From Candidatus Poribacteria bacterium (GTDB taxonomy: Bacteria > Poribacteria > WGA-4E > WGA-3G), in NCBI GenBank assembly GCA_965242965.1, contig OZ251518.1:4064001-4128000 (forward strand): DNA of 64,000 nucleotides, given 5' to 3'. Positions 46,430 to 55,483 of this stretch are shown one piece after another. The notes under the pieces were generated by a model. It was not told the DNA's origin. It saw nothing but the letters and a program-made list of their open reading frames with translations, and ran no database searches. The translations under genes and the position numbers were made by a program. Numbering within the stretch: position 1 is the stretch's first letter; the number at the start of each line of letters is the position of its first letter.

Positions 46430-48037
46430 ATGGCAACTACCAGATATTTTGAGACTCGGGGGCCGGTGGATGCGGCGTTGCACTACGTCGTGCCTCGGAC
46501 GGCGGAGTTAGCCGATTTCATCGCGCGCGTCAAACTGGGGCGGTATATCGTGATTTTCGCGCCGCGCCAGACAGGCAAGACGACGTTTTTCCGGTGGGCC
46601 CTAGCCGCGCTCGCAGCGGAAGACACAACCTATTTTCCGATTCATCTGGATTTTGAGGCGTATAAAAACTACTCGCCTGCCGATTTCTACGCCAATCTCC
46701 ACGAAGATATTCTTGAGGAGATTGAGGACGTTTTCCAGCAGCGGGGCATCGCGATGCCGGATGCCTTAACGGCGTTTTTAGCGGATGCGACGCTCACAGA
46801 TCACGTTGCCATGATAAGGTTTTTTAGAAGGTTCGCGCGTTTGCTAGGAAAGCCGCGGATTGTCCTTCTCATCGACGAATTTGATGGCATCCCGCAGGCA
46901 CTCGTGAGTGATTTTCTGTATGCACTCCGCCGTGTGTATGTCTCAAAGCGTCTTGATGACAGGGCTCCCTATAGCGTCGGCATCGTCGGTGTCAAGAACA
47001 TCACACAGTTGAACTACGATAGGACTATCTCGCCGTTTAATATCCAAGAGGAGTTCCACTTACCCAACTTCACGTTGGCACAAGTGCAGGAACTGTTCGG
47101 ACAGTATACCGCTGAAGTCGGACAACCGTTTGAACCGGCAGTCGTTGAAACCCTGCATCGGCAGACAGCCGGACAGCCGTTTCTCGTCAACCGCCTCGCG
47201 CAACTCCTCACACAGGAACCGGAGATACCGAGAACGGAGACAATCTCATTGACGCACTTCGCTGCAGCACACGCCACCGTTCTCGTGGAAGATAATGTCA
47301 ACATCCAACATCTGCGCGCCAATGTTCGCCGAAACCCGCGGTTTGAAAACCTCCTCATGAACATCGCCTTATCAGAGGACGGTGTCCTTTTCACGTTTGA
47401 CAACGAAGTCATGAGCGAACTTGCAACTTACGGTGTCATCGCCCGGGGAACCGATGGCATGTGTGAGATTGTCAATCCTATTTATCTTTACCGTATCTTG
47501 CGAACCTTCGCGCCGCTCGTCAACGGCTTAGAAGCCGACTACTACCCCGAGGACACGCGTGGGGGTAGTCACTACCTCACTTCTGATGGACAGTTGCAGA
47601 TGGACAGGCTCATGGAGAACTTCCGCGATTTCATCGCCCGCGTCGGGTTCAGGATACTGGAGGTGCCACAGACACCGCGGGAATATGTAGGACAACGCCT
47701 GCTGTTCGCCTATCTCGAACAGGTAGTGAAGCAGCAAGGCGGCGGGATGTTCCTTGAGGTGCCGACAGGGCGCGGCCGCATGGATTTACTCGTCGTCCAC
47801 CGCGGCCGCAAATATATCGTAGAAACGAAGATTTGGCACGGCACAGCGAGTTATGCAGATGGCAAGCGGCAGCTTGCCAAGTATCTCACGCTTGAGGATG
47901 CCGCCGAGGGATATTACCTCGTCTTCGATCACCGGCAGCAGCCGCAGCCCCGGACGGAAACCGAACAGATAGAGGGCAAGACGCTCCGGAGCTATGTCAT
48001 TCCTATCGTCCAAGAACGCCCATCGGACGCGGTATAG
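46430..48037 (+). CDS. AAA-like ATPase fused to C-terminal PD-(D/E)XK nuclease-like domain, copy 1
   Basis: Walker A APRQTGKTT, Walker B LLIDEFD, SPFNI, GQPFLVN; C-terminal LEVPTGRGRMDL...YIVETKIW...QLAKYL. Confidence 0.85.
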   Translation: MATTRYFETRGPVDAALHYVVPRTAELADFIARVKLGRYIVIFAPRQTGKTTFFRWALAALAAEDTTYFPIHLDFEAYKNYSPADFYANLHEDILEEIEDVFQQRGIAMPDALTAFLADATLTDHVAMIRFFRRFARLLGKPRIVLLIDEFDGIPQALVSDFLYALRRVYVSKRLDDRAPYSVGIVGVKNITQLNYDRTISPFNIQEEFHLPNFTLAQVQELFGQYTAEVGQPFEPAVVETLHRQTAGQPFLVNRLAQLLTQEPEIPRTETISLTHFAAAHATVLVEDNVNIQHLRANVRRNPRFENLLMNIALSEDGVLFTFDNEVMSELATYGVIARGTDGMCEIVNPIYLYRILRTFAPLVNGLEADYYPEDTRGGSHYLTSDGQLQMDRLMENFRDFIARVGFRILEVPQTPREYVGQRLLFAYLEQVVKQQGGGMFLEVPTGRGRMDLLVVHRGRKYIVETKIWHGTASYADGKRQLAKYLTLEDAAEGYYLVFDHRQQPQPRTETEQIEGKTLRSYVIPIVQERPSDAV

Positions 48038-48091
48038 CCACGCGTGTTATTCCACGGACGAGACTAGTTATCAACAAGGAGGCAAAAACTG

Positions 48092-49693
48092 ATGGCAACC
48101 CGATATTTTGAGACTCGAGGGCCCGTGGATGCGGCGTTGCACTACGTCGTGCCTCGGACGGTGGAGTTAGCCGATTTCATCGCGCGCGTCAAACTGGGGC
48201 GGTATATCGTTATCTTCGCGCCGCGCCAGACGGGCAAGACGACGTTCTTCCGGACAGCCCTGAAAACGTTGCTAGTTGAGGAGCCAAACTACTGTCCTAT
48301 TGAACTCAATTTCCAGGTGTATAAAAACGTCACACCGACTGCATTCTACGCGCATTTCTCGCAGAAGTTGCGCGAGGAAATTGAGAATGTCTTCCAAAAA
48401 CGGCAAGCGGTTGTTCCGGAGGCGTTGCACCGTTTGTTGGAGGAGTCAGTGCTAACCGATCATCTTGCGATGTTGGATTTCTTCAAACGTCTGGGGCGGG
48501 TGTTAGCCCCACAGCGGTTTGTCCTCATCATCGACGAGTTTGATGGTATTCCGCCGGCAATCGTGAGCGATTTTTTGTATGTGTTGCGGCAGACGTATCA
48601 TGAGGCGTTGGCTTCGCGGTGTCCGTTCAGTCTGGGGCTCGTGGGTGTGAAGGACCTCACGCAGTTGAACTACGACAGAACGATTTCGCCGTTCAATATC
48701 CAAGATGAGTTCTACTTGCCCAGCTTCACGTTGGAACAGGTGCAGGAACTGCTCGGACAGTATACCGCTGAAGTCGGACAACCGTTTGCCCCAAAGGTAA
48801 TCGAGACGTTGCATCGGCAGACAGGGGGGCAGCCCTTTCTCGTGAATCGTTTCGCGCAACTCCTCACACAGGAACTGGAGATACCTAAAACGGAGACTGT
48901 CTCACTAACGCACTTCGCGGTAGCACATGCCGCCGTTCTCGTGGAAGATAATGTCAACATCCAGCATCTGCGCGCCAATGTCCGACGAAACCCGCGGTTT
49001 GAACGTCTCCTTATGAACATCGCCTTATCAGAGAACGGCGTGCTCTTCACGCGTGACAACGAAGTCATGAGCGCACTTGCAACTTACGGTGTCATCGCCC
49101 GGGGAACCGATGGCATGTGTGAGATTGTCAATCCCATTTATCTTTACCGTATCCTGCGAACCTTCGCGCCACTCGTGAATGGCTTAGAAGCCGACTACTA
49201 CCCCGAGGACACACGTAGTGGTAGTCACTACCTCACCGCCGATGGACAGCTGCGGATGGATAGGCTCATGGAGAACTTCCGCGACTTCATCGCCCGCGTC
49301 GGGTTCAGAATTCTGAATGTGCCGGAGACACCGCGGGAATATGTAGGGCAACGCCTGCTGTTCGCCTATCTCGAACAGGTGGTAAAGCAGCAAGGCGGCG
49401 GGATGTACCTCGAAGTGCCGACAGGACGCGGCCGCATGGATTTACTCGTCGTTCACCGCGGCCGCAAATATATCGTAGAAACGAAGATTTGGCACGGCAC
49501 CGCGAGGTATGAAGCCGGCAAACAGCAACTCGCCAAGTATCTGACAGTCGAGCAGGCTGCCGAGGGATATTATCTCGTCTTCGATCATCGGCAGCAGCCA
49601 CAGCCGCGGACAGAAACCGAGCAGATAGAAGGCAGAACGCTCCGGAGCTATGTCATTCCTATCGTCCAAGAACGCCCATCGAACACCGCGTAA
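48092..49693 (+). CDS. AAA-like ATPase / PD-(D/E)XK nuclease, copy 2
   Basis: Same motifs; SD AAGGAGG. Confidence 0.85.
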   Translation: MATRYFETRGPVDAALHYVVPRTVELADFIARVKLGRYIVIFAPRQTGKTTFFRTALKTLLVEEPNYCPIELNFQVYKNVTPTAFYAHFSQKLREEIENVFQKRQAVVPEALHRLLEESVLTDHLAMLDFFKRLGRVLAPQRFVLIIDEFDGIPPAIVSDFLYVLRQTYHEALASRCPFSLGLVGVKDLTQLNYDRTISPFNIQDEFYLPSFTLEQVQELLGQYTAEVGQPFAPKVIETLHRQTGGQPFLVNRFAQLLTQELEIPKTETVSLTHFAVAHAAVLVEDNVNIQHLRANVRRNPRFERLLMNIALSENGVLFTRDNEVMSALATYGVIARGTDGMCEIVNPIYLYRILRTFAPLVNGLEADYYPEDTRSGSHYLTADGQLRMDRLMENFRDFIARVGFRILNVPETPREYVGQRLLFAYLEQVVKQQGGGMYLEVPTGRGRMDLLVVHRGRKYIVETKIWHGTARYEAGKQQLAKYLTVEQAAEGYYLVFDHRQQPQPRTETEQIEGRTLRSYVIPIVQERPSNTA

Positions 49694-49748
49694 ACTCGCG
49701 GGGTGTGCGCTAGGAGGAACACCGCTACCCGCTAAGGAGGAAACAATT

Positions 49749-51350
49749 ATGGCAACCCGATATTTTGAGACGCAGGGACCGGTAGATGCCGCCGTAAACT
49801 ACGTTGTCTCCCGGCAATCGGAACGCGCCGATTTCATCCAGCGCGTCAAGCGCGGGCGATACATTGTCATGTTCGCACCACGGCAAACAGGAAAAACGAC
49901 GTTCTTCCGGTGGGCCCTAGCCGAACTCGCGGCAGAAGACGCAACCTATTTTCCGATTCAATTCAATTTTGATGTGTATGAAGGCCGGCCCGCCGCCCGG
50001 TTTTATCCGCATTTCGCTAAAAAACTCCGCGAGGCAATTGAGGGAGTCTTCTACGAGCGTGACATCAAGCTGCCTCCGCCGCTCGCACAGTTTTTAGCGG
50101 ACGCGACGATAGCCGACCAGGTAGATATGCTAGATTTCTTTCAGGCGTTGGGACGGCATCTCACCGACTATCGCGTCGTGCTACTGATAGACGAGTTTGA
50201 TGGCATCCCGCCTGAGGCAGTGACAGGGTTTCTTCACGCACTCCGTCATATCTATATTTCCGGTGTCGCGGCTCGGTGTCCTTATAGCGTCGGCATCATC
50301 GGGGTGAAGAACGTCGTGCAACTGAACTACGATAGGACGATTTCGCCGTTTAATATACAAGAGGAGTTCCACTTACCCAACTTCACGTTGGAGCAGGTGC
50401 AGGAACTGCTCGGACAGTATACCGCTGAAGTCGGACAGCCGTTTGACCCGGCAGTCGTTGAAACCCTGCATCGGCAGAGCGGGGGGCAACCGTTTCTCGT
50501 CAATCGCCTCGCGCAACTCCTTACACAGGAACTGGAGATACCGAAAACGGAGACTGTCTCACTGACGCACTTCGCGGCAGCACATGCCGCCGTGCTGGTG
50601 GAAGATAACGTCAACATCCAGCATCTGCGCGCCAATGTCCGACGAAATCCGCGGTTTGAACGCCTCCTCATGAACATCGCCTTATCAGAAAACGGCGTGC
50701 TCTTCACGCGTGACAACGAAGTCATGAGCGAACTTGCAACGTATGGTGTCATCGCCCGGGGAACCGATGGCATGTGTGAGATTGTTAATCCCATTTATCT
50801 TTACCGTATCCTGCGAACCTTCGCACCACTCGTCAACGGCTTAGAAGCCGACTATTTCCCCGCCGACACCGGCGGCGCAGGACACTACCTCACCGCCGAA
50901 GGGCAGCTGCGAATGGACAGGCTCATGGAGAACTTCCGCGACTTCATCGCCCGCGTCGGGTTCAGAATTCTGAATGTGCCGGAGACACCGCGGGAATATG
51001 TGGGACAACGCCTGCTGTTCGCCTATCTCGAACAGGTGGTGAAGCAGCAAGGCGGCGGGATGTACCTTGAAGTGCCGACAGGGCGCGGCCGCATGGATTT
51101 ACTCGTCGTTCACCGCGGCCGCAAATATATCGTAGAAACGAAGATTTGGCACGGCGCAGAGAGGTATGCAGCCGGCAAACGGCAACTCGCCAAGTATCTC
51201 GCGCTAGAAGATGCCGCCGAGGGATATTACCTCGTCTTCGATCACCGGCAACAGCCACAGCCGCGTACGGAAACCGAGCAGATAGAAGGCAGAACGCTCC
51301 GGAGTTATGTCATCCCCATCGTCCAAGAACGCCCATCGGACACCGCGTAA
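49749..51350 (+). CDS. AAA-like ATPase / PD-(D/E)XK nuclease, copy 3
   Basis: Same motifs; start at ATG 49749 after SD AAGGAGG. Confidence 0.85.
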   Translation: MATRYFETQGPVDAAVNYVVSRQSERADFIQRVKRGRYIVMFAPRQTGKTTFFRWALAELAAEDATYFPIQFNFDVYEGRPAARFYPHFAKKLREAIEGVFYERDIKLPPPLAQFLADATIADQVDMLDFFQALGRHLTDYRVVLLIDEFDGIPPEAVTGFLHALRHIYISGVAARCPYSVGIIGVKNVVQLNYDRTISPFNIQEEFHLPNFTLEQVQELLGQYTAEVGQPFDPAVVETLHRQSGGQPFLVNRLAQLLTQELEIPKTETVSLTHFAAAHAAVLVEDNVNIQHLRANVRRNPRFERLLMNIALSENGVLFTRDNEVMSELATYGVIARGTDGMCEIVNPIYLYRILRTFAPLVNGLEADYFPADTGGAGHYLTAEGQLRMDRLMENFRDFIARVGFRILNVPETPREYVGQRLLFAYLEQVVKQQGGGMYLEVPTGRGRMDLLVVHRGRKYIVETKIWHGAERYAAGKRQLAKYLALEDAAEGYYLVFDHRQQPQPRTETEQIEGRTLRSYVIPIVQERPSDTA

Positions 51351-51405
51351 GCGCGCGGGGTGTTCGCTATGAGGAGCACCGCTATCCGCTAAGGAGGAAA
51401 CAGTT

Positions 51406-53010
51406 ATGGCAACCCGATATTTTGAGACGCAGGGACCGGTAGATGCCGCCGTGAACTACGTTGTCTCCCGTCAATCGGAACGCGCCGATTTCATTCAGCG
51501 CGTCAAGCGCGGGCGATACATCGTCATGTTCGCACCACGGCAAACAGGAAAAACGACGTTCTTCCACGCCGCCCTGGAGACGCTTGCGGCAGAAGAGCCC
51601 ACCTACTTTCCTATCGCCCTCAATTTTGAGGAATATGAAGGCCTCACTGCCCCCGATTTTTACGAGGGGCTCCGTGAAGATATATTGGCAGCAATAGAGA
51701 ACACGTTTCATCAACGTGGCAGCGAACCTTCTGAGGCATTATCGCGATTTCTGGCGGAGGCGCAGATAACAAACCATATTGCCATGAGACGATTTCTTAG
51801 CCGGTTCGCGCGTTTTTTGGATGGGCAGCGGGTTGTCCTGCTCATTGATGAATTTGATGGCATCCCATCAGATGCGGTGATGGGGTTCCTCCATTCTCTC
51901 CGCCGTGTCTATGTCTCCGAGCCGCGCGACACTCGGTGTCCCTATAGTGTCTGTATCGTGGGGGTGAAGAACGTCGCGCAGTTGAATTACGATAGGACGA
52001 TTTCGCCGTTTAATATCCAAGAGGAGTTCCATTTGCCCGGCTTCACGTTGGAACAAGTGCAAGAACTGCTCGGACAGTATACCGCTGAAGTCGGACAATC
52101 GTTTGAACCCGAAGTCCTCGCAACGCTGCAGCGGCAGACAGGCGGACAACCGTTTCTCGTCAACCGCCTCGCGCAACTCCTCACACAGGAACTGGACATC
52201 CCCAAAGACATCACCATTTCCCTGGAACACTTTGCCCAGGCACATCAGAAACTCTTGATGGAAGACAATGTCAACTTTAATCATTTGACGACGAATGTCC
52301 AGCGAGACCCGAGATTTGAACACCTGTTGATGCGCATTGCTTCCTCGGCGCAACCCATCAGTTTCAATCCCTGGAATGATGTCATGAAGGAACTCGCAAC
52401 CTACGGTGTCATCGCGAAAGCGAACGATGGCAAATGTGAGATTGTCAATCCCATCTATCAGTATTGCGTCATCCGGGCATTTCAGCGGGAAATTAACGGT
52501 TTAGAAGGGGACTACTTCCCTGCGACTACCCGCACCGGGTATCAGGATTATCTCACCCCAACCGGCGACATCGCCCTGGCACCCTTGCTAGACAATTTTC
52601 GCGATTTCATCGTGCGTGCGGGGTTTCGGCTCCTCCACGTGCCGCAGCTCCCCCGGGAATCGGTGGGCCAACACCTCTTGGCGGCTTACCTCGATGGCTT
52701 TGTGAAAGCCGTCGGCGGTTTCCTCTATCTTGAAGTACCAACCGGACGGGGCCGGATAGATATGATCATCCTCCACAACCGGCGCAAGTATATCGTGGAG
52801 ACGAAGATATGGGGGGGCGCAGGACATTATGAAGCCGGAAAGAAACAACTCGTTGCATATCTCACGCTTGAGGATGCCGCCGAGGGATATTATCTCGTCT
52901 TCGATCACCGGCAGCAGCCGCAGCCGCTTACGGAAACCGAGCAGATAGAGGGCAGAACGCTCCGGAGCTATGTCATTCCCATCATCCAAGAACGCCCATC
53001 GGACGCTTGA
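51406..53010 (+). CDS. AAA-like ATPase / PD-(D/E)XK nuclease, copy 4
   Basis: Same motifs; more divergent middle and nuclease region; SD AAGGAGG. Confidence 0.85.
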   Translation: MATRYFETQGPVDAAVNYVVSRQSERADFIQRVKRGRYIVMFAPRQTGKTTFFHAALETLAAEEPTYFPIALNFEEYEGLTAPDFYEGLREDILAAIENTFHQRGSEPSEALSRFLAEAQITNHIAMRRFLSRFARFLDGQRVVLLIDEFDGIPSDAVMGFLHSLRRVYVSEPRDTRCPYSVCIVGVKNVAQLNYDRTISPFNIQEEFHLPGFTLEQVQELLGQYTAEVGQSFEPEVLATLQRQTGGQPFLVNRLAQLLTQELDIPKDITISLEHFAQAHQKLLMEDNVNFNHLTTNVQRDPRFEHLLMRIASSAQPISFNPWNDVMKELATYGVIAKANDGKCEIVNPIYQYCVIRAFQREINGLEGDYFPATTRTGYQDYLTPTGDIALAPLLDNFRDFIVRAGFRLLHVPQLPRESVGQHLLAAYLDGFVKAVGGFLYLEVPTGRGRIDMIILHNRRKYIVETKIWGGAGHYEAGKKQLVAYLTLEDAAEGYYLVFDHRQQPQPLTETEQIEGRTLRSYVIPIIQERPSDA

Positions 53011-53019
53011 GGAAACAGA

Positions 53020-55227
53020 ATGATTGCGGAAACAAATCAATTCCACAGCGCACTTTCCAAGTGCGCCTACCAATGCCAGAACATGCTTGCAAAACGGTAT
53101 TTTCTCTGTTTTCTGCTGTGCACTATTCCACTCATCGGGCAGCCGCAAGGCACGTGGCAGCCGATGTCAGCCGGCCCGCCGAGCGCGCGATGGCTCCATA
53201 CCGCTGTCTGGACAGGCGAAGCGTTCATCGTCTGGGGCGGCATTGATGCAAACGGCCCACTTCAGATAGGCGGCGGTTATATACCTGCGACGAACGTTTG
53301 GAGTCCACTTCCTACCGAGGGCGCGCCCGCTGCACGCGCAGACCACGGTGCTATCTGGACAGGCACACAGTTGATTGTTTGGGGAGGATTTGATAGAGAA
53401 AACACCGCACTGAAGAATGGCGGCATTTACACGCCAACATATCGGCAGTGGAATCGCCTCCCTGTCCAGAATGCCCCGGAGGCACGCGGTGGCCATACCG
53501 CTATCTGGACAGGACAGGAACTGATTATCTGGGGAGGATGGAACGGCAAAGGGATGCATTTTAGCACAGGGGGCCGTTACTCGCCAGAAAACAAGATGTG
53601 GCAACCGATGTCTCTCCACCATGCGCCGAAGCCACGCACGAGTCACACCGCTGTCTGGACAGGGGAAACGATGCTTGTCTGGGGTGGCGTGGATAAGCAC
53701 AAACAGCCTCTCCAAACCGGCGGTGTTTATGAACCCAAAACCGATGCGTGGTATCCTATTTCTATGACAAGCGCGCCATCGCCTCGCAGCGTGCATACGG
53801 CTGTCTGGACAGGGGAAACAATGCTTATCTGGGGTGGATTGGATAACGGACAACAACCCCTCCACACCGGTGGCATCTACTCGCCGATGACGGATACGTG
53901 GAAACCCCTCTCTACGAGAGCTGCGCCGAGTGCCCGCGCCGGCCACACCGCAATGTGGATAGGCGACAAGATGCTGGTATGGGGAGGCTTTGATAGGAAG
54001 GGACAACTCCTGCAGACAGGCGCGCTTTATGAACCGAGAACGGATGCATGGATGCCTCTCCCCGCGCAAAACGCACCCATCGGCAGACTCGGGCACGCAG
54101 CTGCGTGGACAGGCACGCAACTGCTCGTGTGGGGCGGCACCGATAAACGGCGTTATCTGGACAGCGGCAGCCGTTATGTCCCAGTAACCGCGCGGTGGCG
54201 GGCATTGCCCAATGAACGCGGTGCCACCGCTCGCGGCGGACACACCGCTGTCTGGACAGGAAAGGAAATGCTCATCTGGGGCGGCACGTCGCGAACCGGC
54301 TATCTCAATAGCGGCGGCAGTTACGCACCGAAAACTAACGCGTGGAAACCGCTCGCAACGGATGGCGCGCCTGCTGAACGCGCCGGACATACGGCAGTGT
54401 GGACAGGGACAGAGATGCTCGTTTGGGGAGGCACCTCACAGACAGGGCACCTCAATAGCGGCGGCAGTTACTCGCGGAAAACCGACGCATGGAAACCGCT
54501 TGCAACGCAGCAGGCACCTGAAAGCGCGCTTCTTCATAGTGCCGTTTGGACTGGCACGCAACTTATTGTGTGGGGTGGAATGAATATCTCTGAGATGCCG
54601 GTGAAGACAGGAGCGATTTACACACCCGATACTGACGTTTGGATGCCTATCTCCGTTGAGAACGCGCCGAGTCCTCGCAGTGGACACACCGCCGTATGGA
54701 GCGGCGAGATGATGCTCGTCTGGGGAGGAACTACACAGGACGGATATGTCAACACAGGCGGCCGGTATCACCTCGCGACTGATACATGGCACCCGCTGAG
54801 CCTCATCGGTGCGCCGGAGGGACGGTTCGGGCATACCGCCGTTTGGACTGGCACGCAAATGTTGATTTGGGGTGGCACTGATGGCGGACAGCCGCTCAGC
54901 ACTGGGCGAATCTATGATGCCAAAACGGATACGTGGCACCCGCTCCCTACGGAAAACGCGCCCGAGGCACGCTTCGGACATCGCGCAATCTGGAACGGCT
55001 CCGTGATGATTATCTGGGGTGGCTACGGTAGCCAAGGCAAACCGCTGAAGACAGGCGGCATGTATGAACCGCAAACCGAGACGTGGCGTTCCCTATCCAC
55101 TGAAGGAATCCCAGATGGGCGCGTGCTTCACACCGCGATTTGGGCAGGCGATAAACTGATAGTTTGGGGCGGCACGGACGGTAAGTTTCCGCAAAATACG
55201 GGCGCGATATGGAGGCAGATACCGTAG
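53020..55227 (+). CDS. Kelch-like repeat protein (14 repeats, probably two 7-bladed propellers)
   Basis: 14 units of the pattern AP..R..HTAVWTG..M.VWGG......GG.Y.P.TD.W; hydrophobic N-terminal segment; alternative start at 53083. Confidence 0.85.
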   Translation: MIAETNQFHSALSKCAYQCQNMLAKRYFLCFLLCTIPLIGQPQGTWQPMSAGPPSARWLHTAVWTGEAFIVWGGIDANGPLQIGGGYIPATNVWSPLPTEGAPAARADHGAIWTGTQLIVWGGFDRENTALKNGGIYTPTYRQWNRLPVQNAPEARGGHTAIWTGQELIIWGGWNGKGMHFSTGGRYSPENKMWQPMSLHHAPKPRTSHTAVWTGETMLVWGGVDKHKQPLQTGGVYEPKTDAWYPISMTSAPSPRSVHTAVWTGETMLIWGGLDNGQQPLHTGGIYSPMTDTWKPLSTRAAPSARAGHTAMWIGDKMLVWGGFDRKGQLLQTGALYEPRTDAWMPLPAQNAPIGRLGHAAAWTGTQLLVWGGTDKRRYLDSGSRYVPVTARWRALPNERGATARGGHTAVWTGKEMLIWGGTSRTGYLNSGGSYAPKTNAWKPLATDGAPAERAGHTAVWTGTEMLVWGGTSQTGHLNSGGSYSRKTDAWKPLATQQAPESALLHSAVWTGTQLIVWGGMNISEMPVKTGAIYTPDTDVWMPISVENAPSPRSGHTAVWSGEMMLVWGGTTQDGYVNTGGRYHLATDTWHPLSLIGAPEGRFGHTAVWTGTQMLIWGGTDGGQPLSTGRIYDAKTDTWHPLPTENAPEARFGHRAIWNGSVMIIWGGYGSQGKPLKTGGMYEPQTETWRSLSTEGIPDGRVLHTAIWAGDKLIVWGGTDGKFPQNTGAIWRQIP

Positions 55228-55472
55228 ACGCGGTTTGAAACAGTGCCTACGGCATGTAGGTGAGTCCTCCCGGTCTCGATGAAACATCCGGTATCGGGAC
55301 AAGGATGTCCCTCCTACCGAACCGGCTCCGGTATCGGGACAAGGATGTCCCTCCTACCGAAGAAGGATGTCTCCATCGCATGCTTATTCCCCGGCTCCAA
55401 CTCCAACACCTTTTCACAGGTAGGCGAGCCCTCCCGGTCTCGATGAAACATCGGCGCACGCTTTGATGCCTA
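55225..55472. repeat. REP cluster containing a 48-bp copy of the adjacent gene's 3' end
   Basis: GTAGG(A/C/T)G..CC..CC.GTC.CGA units; 55369-55416 identical to 55506-55553. Confidence 0.85.
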
Positions 55473-55483
55473 CGGTATTCTGT

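Noticed and set aside
46430-53010. ATPase array as integron cassettes or a shufflon
   Set aside because: No attC-like sites, inverted recombination sites, integrase or invertase seen; all copies are co-oriented full paralogs.
53167-55074. Long antisense ORFs over the kelch gene
   Set aside because: Shadow frames of a repetitive GC-rich gene, with no independent motifs.
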